IMG/VR virus record: IMGVR_UViG_3300010344_001225 | DNA length: 20,000 nucleotides | Strand: one strand, 5' to 3' | DNA from: an uncultured virus (IMG/VR IMGVR_UViG_3300010344_001225) | Taxonomy: Duplodnaviria > Heunggongvirae > Uroviricota > Caudoviricetes | In this document: positions 17,140-20,000 of the stretch, one piece after another | Position numbering within the stretch: the first letter of the stretch is position 1 | Layout: every line of letters starts with the position of its first letter | Notes under the pieces: generated by a model | What the model was told of the DNA's origin: nothing | What the model saw: only the letters and a program-made list of their open reading frames with translations | Database searches by the model: none | Translations under genes and position numbers: made by a program

Positions 17140-18387
17140 TTAAGTTATGGCACGCAGAATAAGCTCCTGTGCCTTATCTTCCGTATAGTCAAAATATAAC
17201 TGAATTATCTCATCTTTTTCTATTGTAATTTTTTTGCTTCTTTCAATCAGTTTTTCAATTCTCGGTACTGCATCGCCTATGCTGTTAACATTAATATTTA
17301 TAGCAAGCGGATACCTTGCCAACAAAGGTGCTGCTGTATCTGTGTAGTTAAAATCAATAATAGGTTTTCTATATGATATCAATTCTATTACTTTACTCGG
17401 ATTTGCATTTGATATTGAGTTCTCAATATTCACTAAAACATCCGCATTGCTCAATATTTTTTGAAGCTCTCCGCTTGACACTTGCTCATGTTTGATAAAT
17501 TTATCCGGATTTGATCTAATAAATCTATCAACAATATCGTCACAGTTACCAGAAGAGTACATGTGAAGGCGATAGGTTCTTGGCGTTTCTGAAAAGATCC
17601 TCAACATTTTCTCAGGATTTCTGATATCCCTATAAAACGCTCCCATATATACGAAATTGACAATACCATCTGATTTGTTATGATTCGTACAGTCCTCTTC
17701 CAAAACTGCCTGTTTCATTACATAAGGCACCGCATTAATCGGCGTAGCATCTGTTTCTGTACACTTAGATAATTCATCATAAATCTCTTGTGTGCAAAGG
17801 ACTTCGTCCGATTTAGTCAACAATCTCTTTTGAATCTTCCTCATTTTTTCAATGCTAATAAACAAATTTAATTTCATAGGTTTATTGGCAAACAAATCTC
17901 CCCAATAAGACACCCATCTGACTTCTGGAAAAATCTCCTTATACTTTTCTACCGCCAAATGTGCTTCTATTGGCATATTAAATGAGAGGATAGCATCAAT
18001 ATGCTCTTTTTCATTTAACTCAATCAAGCAATCATAAGCCCGTTTTGTAAACCATGACATGTTATCCAACGTAAAGAATGCACTTTGCACACGGCCTATA
18101 CTTCGTGCAATCTTGTTAGAAAACTTATAAATTATTTTTCTTATTCCTTCACTATTATGAATTTTCTCTTCGGATATCTGTGCCCATTTCAATCTCCAAT
18201 GCGTAAGCGTATATATTTTTACATTTCTATAACGCTTTCCATATGCATAATTGTTGCCTTCTTGGATTGCAATCAGTCTTATATTATAATAATCATCTAA
18301 ATACTCTGCACATTTTAATGCCAATCCACCTGTCGCTGAATTGATCGGATAGCAGCTTCCAGCAATAATTACTAATTCCTTTTTCAT
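17140..18387 (-). CDS. GT-B glycosyltransferase (GT4-like)
   Basis: FVYMGAFYRDIRNP, ADVLVNIEN and NPSKVIELISYRKPII motifs. Confidence 0.8.
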   Translation of the reverse strand: MKKELVIIAGSCYPINSATGGLALKCAEYLDDYYNIRLIAIQEGNNYAYGKRYRNVKIYTLTHWRLKWAQISEEKIHNSEGIRKIIYKFSNKIARSIGRVQSAFFTLDNMSWFTKRAYDCLIELNEKEHIDAILSFNMPIEAHLAVEKYKEIFPEVRWVSYWGDLFANKPMKLNLFISIEKMRKIQKRLLTKSDEVLCTQEIYDELSKCTETDATPINAVPYVMKQAVLEEDCTNHNKSDGIVNFVYMGAFYRDIRNPEKMLRIFSETPRTYRLHMYSSGNCDDIVDRFIRSNPDKFIKHEQVSSGELQKILSNADVLVNIENSISNANPSKVIELISYRKPIIDFNYTDTAAPLLARYPLAININVNSIGDAVPRIEKLIERSKKITIEKDEIIQLYFDYTEDKAQELILRAIT

Positions 18388-18470
18388 AATTGAATCTCTT
18401 ATTTCGTCTTTGAATATATTCTACTTTTATACAGGATTTTCTTGGAGGGGGATTTCGCAACTCAAAGCAA

Positions 18471-19760
18471 TTACAACAAACTGTTAGTTTCTTCTTCTTT
18501 GTAGATTGTCATCCTTGCAGAAATTTGCTTTTCTAATGCATTTAAATCCCCATATTCTACAAAAGTGGCATACGGTTCCTCGAAAATCATTTCCGGTGCT
18601 CCCGATTTAAAGCCAACAACAGGCGTTCCACAACAGAGGGCTTCAGCGCAAGTCATAGAATATGTTTCTCTTTCGCTACAAAGCAAGAAAACATCAGCCA
18701 ACGAATAAAAAGTTGCTAGTCTATTTTTATCAGTGATACAACCGACATATTGCACATTATCAGGAAATGCCACCGCGGGAGAGCAGCCACCGACAAGTAT
18801 AAAAACAATGTTCTTGTCATTTCTCATGTCTTTAGCAATCTCTAAAACCCATTTACCGCCTTTTCTTTCATCCATCACATTTGGCGCAACAAAAAGTACT
18901 ACTCTTTGTGATACCGAAAGCCCTAACTCTTCACGTAAATATTCTGTCTTTCTATGGTAAAAAATACTTGTATCTACCCCATTATGAATTACCACAATCT
19001 TCTTATTCTTTAAAAATGATGCTCTTACTCTATTTGCTAACCACATTGAAGGGGTAATGATTGTAAATTCTAAATCATGCAGCAATTCCTTTTTCATCTG
19101 TAACATCTGACGGGTTTTGTCAAACAAAATACTTTTAGGATACTCCTTTACTGCTGGACAATTTCCACATTCTCTTTGGTAATTTGTACATTCATATGCA
19201 TGGCCACATTTTCCAGTATACATGTATTCACAATGAAAAGTCCAAACAACAGGAATTCTTTTCTCTTTCACATACTCTATGAGCATTCTTATATCAACAA
19301 AATATGCATGCAGTTCGTGAATATGTATTAAATCCGGCTTAAACCGTTCAATAAAAGCAATCAAACGTTTTGTTGACAATAAAGAAAAATATCCATTATA
19401 CCCCGTTATCCTTGCTAGTCCAGCGTGTACCTTAGTTTCCCAATCCAATCCAAATTTATAAATATTCTCTCCTTCAATCTTTTCACCTCGTCCATAACAT
19501 ATTGCCGCTTCCCGCCCATCATTGCGAAGGCTACTATATAGGTCGTAGACAATCTTTCCTGTTGACGAATTCTCGCAATTTACATCAATTAGCAGTACCC
19601 TTTCTTTTCGCCCGCCTTTGTCATACTCATGCATATAGTTCATTGACATTGTACTCTTAGAAAAGGCCCTTTTTGCTCTATCAGCGATTTCAGAACGCGA
19701 ATGCTTTTTTGCCAATAATGACTGATCTGATATCTTAGGTAGTATTATTAAATTATTCAT
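18471..19760 (-). CDS. GT4 glycosyltransferase (WcaC-like) with an atypical N-terminal extension and short C-terminus
   Basis: RVLLIDVNCENSSTGKI, HIHELH, WTFHCE, NGVD and ETYSMTCAEALCCGTPV motifs. Start uncertain (GTG 19790, ATG 19760 or a later ATG; no strong RBS). Confidence 0.85.
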   Translation of the reverse strand: MNNLIILPKISDQSLLAKKHSRSEIADRAKRAFSKSTMSMNYMHEYDKGGRKERVLLIDVNCENSSTGKIVYDLYSSLRNDGREAAICYGRGEKIEGENIYKFGLDWETKVHAGLARITGYNGYFSLLSTKRLIAFIERFKPDLIHIHELHAYFVDIRMLIEYVKEKRIPVVWTFHCEYMYTGKCGHAYECTNYQRECGNCPAVKEYPKSILFDKTRQMLQMKKELLHDLEFTIITPSMWLANRVRASFLKNKKIVVIHNGVDTSIFYHRKTEYLREELGLSVSQRVVLFVAPNVMDERKGGKWVLEIAKDMRNDKNIVFILVGGCSPAVAFPDNVQYVGCITDKNRLATFYSLADVFLLCSERETYSMTCAEALCCGTPVVGFKSGAPEMIFEEPYATFVEYGDLNALEKQISARMTIYKEEETNSLL

Positions 19761-19823
19761 ATGTGCACACCGCTTCTTCACGGTAAGCACGGATTATTAT
19801 GATGAAAGATCTTAGATGTTCGC

Positions 19824-20000
19824 TCAGTCCTGATTTAATAACTCTTTATACAATAATCTATATGCATCACACATCACAGACTTTGAGTACAACTGAACTG
19901 CCGCATTTCTAATTTCATCACGCACAAATCCGATGCTTAACTGTGTTGAAATCTCCTTCTGCAATAATTCTGTTGTACCCCCCCCCCACGAATTTTCCGT
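19824..20000 (-). CDS. 3' end of a GT4 glycosyltransferase entering from outside the window, probably frameshifted at a G10 tract
   Basis: Hand translation after the tract: TTELLQKEISTQLSIGFVRDEIRNAAVQLYSKSVMCDAYRLLYKELLNQD-stop (19824), a typical GT4 C-terminus. Confidence 0.75.
   Translation of the reverse strand, partial: TENSWGGGTTELLQKEISTQLSIGFVRDEIRNAAVQLYSKSVMCDAYRLLYKELLNQD
19978..19987 (-). repeat. Poly-G (G10) homopolymer tract, putative contingency locus
   Basis: C10 on the plus strand inside the glycosyltransferase 3' region. Confidence 0.9.

Noticed and set aside
6..18960. All plus-strand ORFs in the track (e.g. 1018-1449, 1888-2370, 2755-3213, 3353-3886, 6776-7282)
   Set aside because: Antisense shadows of well-supported minus-strand genes or structured spacers; no recognisable motifs.
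1..20000. CRISPR array, tRNA/rRNA, IS/transposase, integrase or invertible-promoter repeats
   Set aside because: No regularly spaced repeats, RNA-gene signatures or recombinase motifs seen by eye; short distant repeats could have been missed without computation.

Overview
Low-GC Bacillota (Clostridia-like: GGAGG RBSs, TTG/GTG starts) DNA with every supportable gene on the minus strand, in three blocks. (1) 6842-20000 is the distal part of a Wzx/Wzy-dependent capsule/EPS locus: four GT-B glycosyltransferases, wzy, wzx, licD, the fnlA/fnlC/fnlB (capE/G/F) UDP-L-FucNAc pathway and an AT3-SGNH O-acetyltransferase. Two T-G(n)-TAC homopolymer tracts each appear one G out of frame, suggesting phase variation, and one glycosyltransferase looks circularly permuted. 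(2) 3404-6710 holds an HTH protein/HExxH protein pair and a metallophosphoesterase/GH-like lipoprotein pair. (3) 1-3353 is the regulatory head of a phage/ICE-like element: XRE repressor, ImmA/IrrE protease, a small ORF, a sigma-70 region-4 protein and two small genes. It has a repeated 21-bp operator-like box and unusually dense RNA structure: a 31-bp G.U-rich hairpin, a switch-like leader with a terminator and anti-SD/anti-anti-SD in front of the sigma gene, and an anti-SD after it. All calls come from reading motifs and pairing by eye; no searches were run.
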